Notes under the pieces: generated by a model
Told to the model about the DNA's origin: nothing
What the model saw: only the letters and a program-made list of their open reading frames with translations
Database searches by the model: none
Program-made: the position numbers and the translations under genes
Part shown: piece by piece, positions 63,621-64,000 of the stretch
Layout of the letters: every line of letters starts with the position of its first letter
Position numbering within the stretch: position 1 is the first letter of the stretch
Origin: Octopus sinensis
Lineage: Eukaryota
NCBI RefSeq assembly: GCF_006345805.1
Contig: NC_043000.1
Location: 22,754,001 to 22,818,000 of the forward strand
Direction: 5' to 3'
DNA: 64,000 nt

Positions 63621-64000
63621 TTTTCTCTCTCTGTTTATTTCCCTTTTCGCTCTCTTTTGCTCATTCTCTGTTTCTCTTACTTACACATATTCTCTCTCAC
63701 CCTCTGCAATAGTTCATCTCCTTTAGTCTATGTCTGTTTCTTTCACTCTCTATCCCTATCTCTTTCATTCACATAGTCTACAAACTTTTGTCTACAAATT
63801 CTCTTCCGTTTATTTTAATTAGTCGTGCGTAAAAACCTCAGTTGTTACGATTTTTGTACGTTCTCCTTGAAAAATTATTTAGTTATTTTTAATTTTTGTT
63901 CACCCAGTGTGTTTAAATTCAGTTTTGCCACAACTACCTAAAAATTGATTTCAGTGTATTTCAATTTTGTTGTGCGTTAATATTTTTGTTTTTACGGTAT

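Overview
This 64-kb window is AT-rich eukaryotic non-genic (intergenic or intronic) DNA. The SINE and microsatellite landscape looks like an octopod cephalopod (Octopus-like); that is my recognition of the repeat families, not a search result. No host protein-coding gene can be supported; almost all ORFs in the track come from microsatellites, SINEs or stop-free tandem repeats. The window holds dozens of tRNA-derived SINEs (working names A, B, C, D, F), two mariner relics, pogo/Tigger-like, hAT and foldback MITEs, Helitron/Helentron derivatives, and non-LTR fragments of the Tx1/L1, R4/Dong, CRE, RTE, CR1 and Penelope-like groups. Several tandem arrays are present, the largest a 7.7-kb 20-bp satellite with higher-order structure. 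Most interesting: (1) the 7.7-kb satellite monomer is the first 18 nt of SINE-A and the array grows directly out of a SINE-A 5' end; (2) SINE-B shares its 3' terminal 42 nt with a (TATC)n-embedded Tx1 LINE, suggesting a SINE/Tx1 partnership; (3) a tRNA-headed element carries a Penelope-type hammerhead tail; (4) a ~1.1-kb inverted duplication has a near-identical tract that stops at a SINE insertion; (5) a ~205-bp local sequence was copied into a SINE 2 kb away; (6) several unrelated elements sit in (TAA)n microsatellites.
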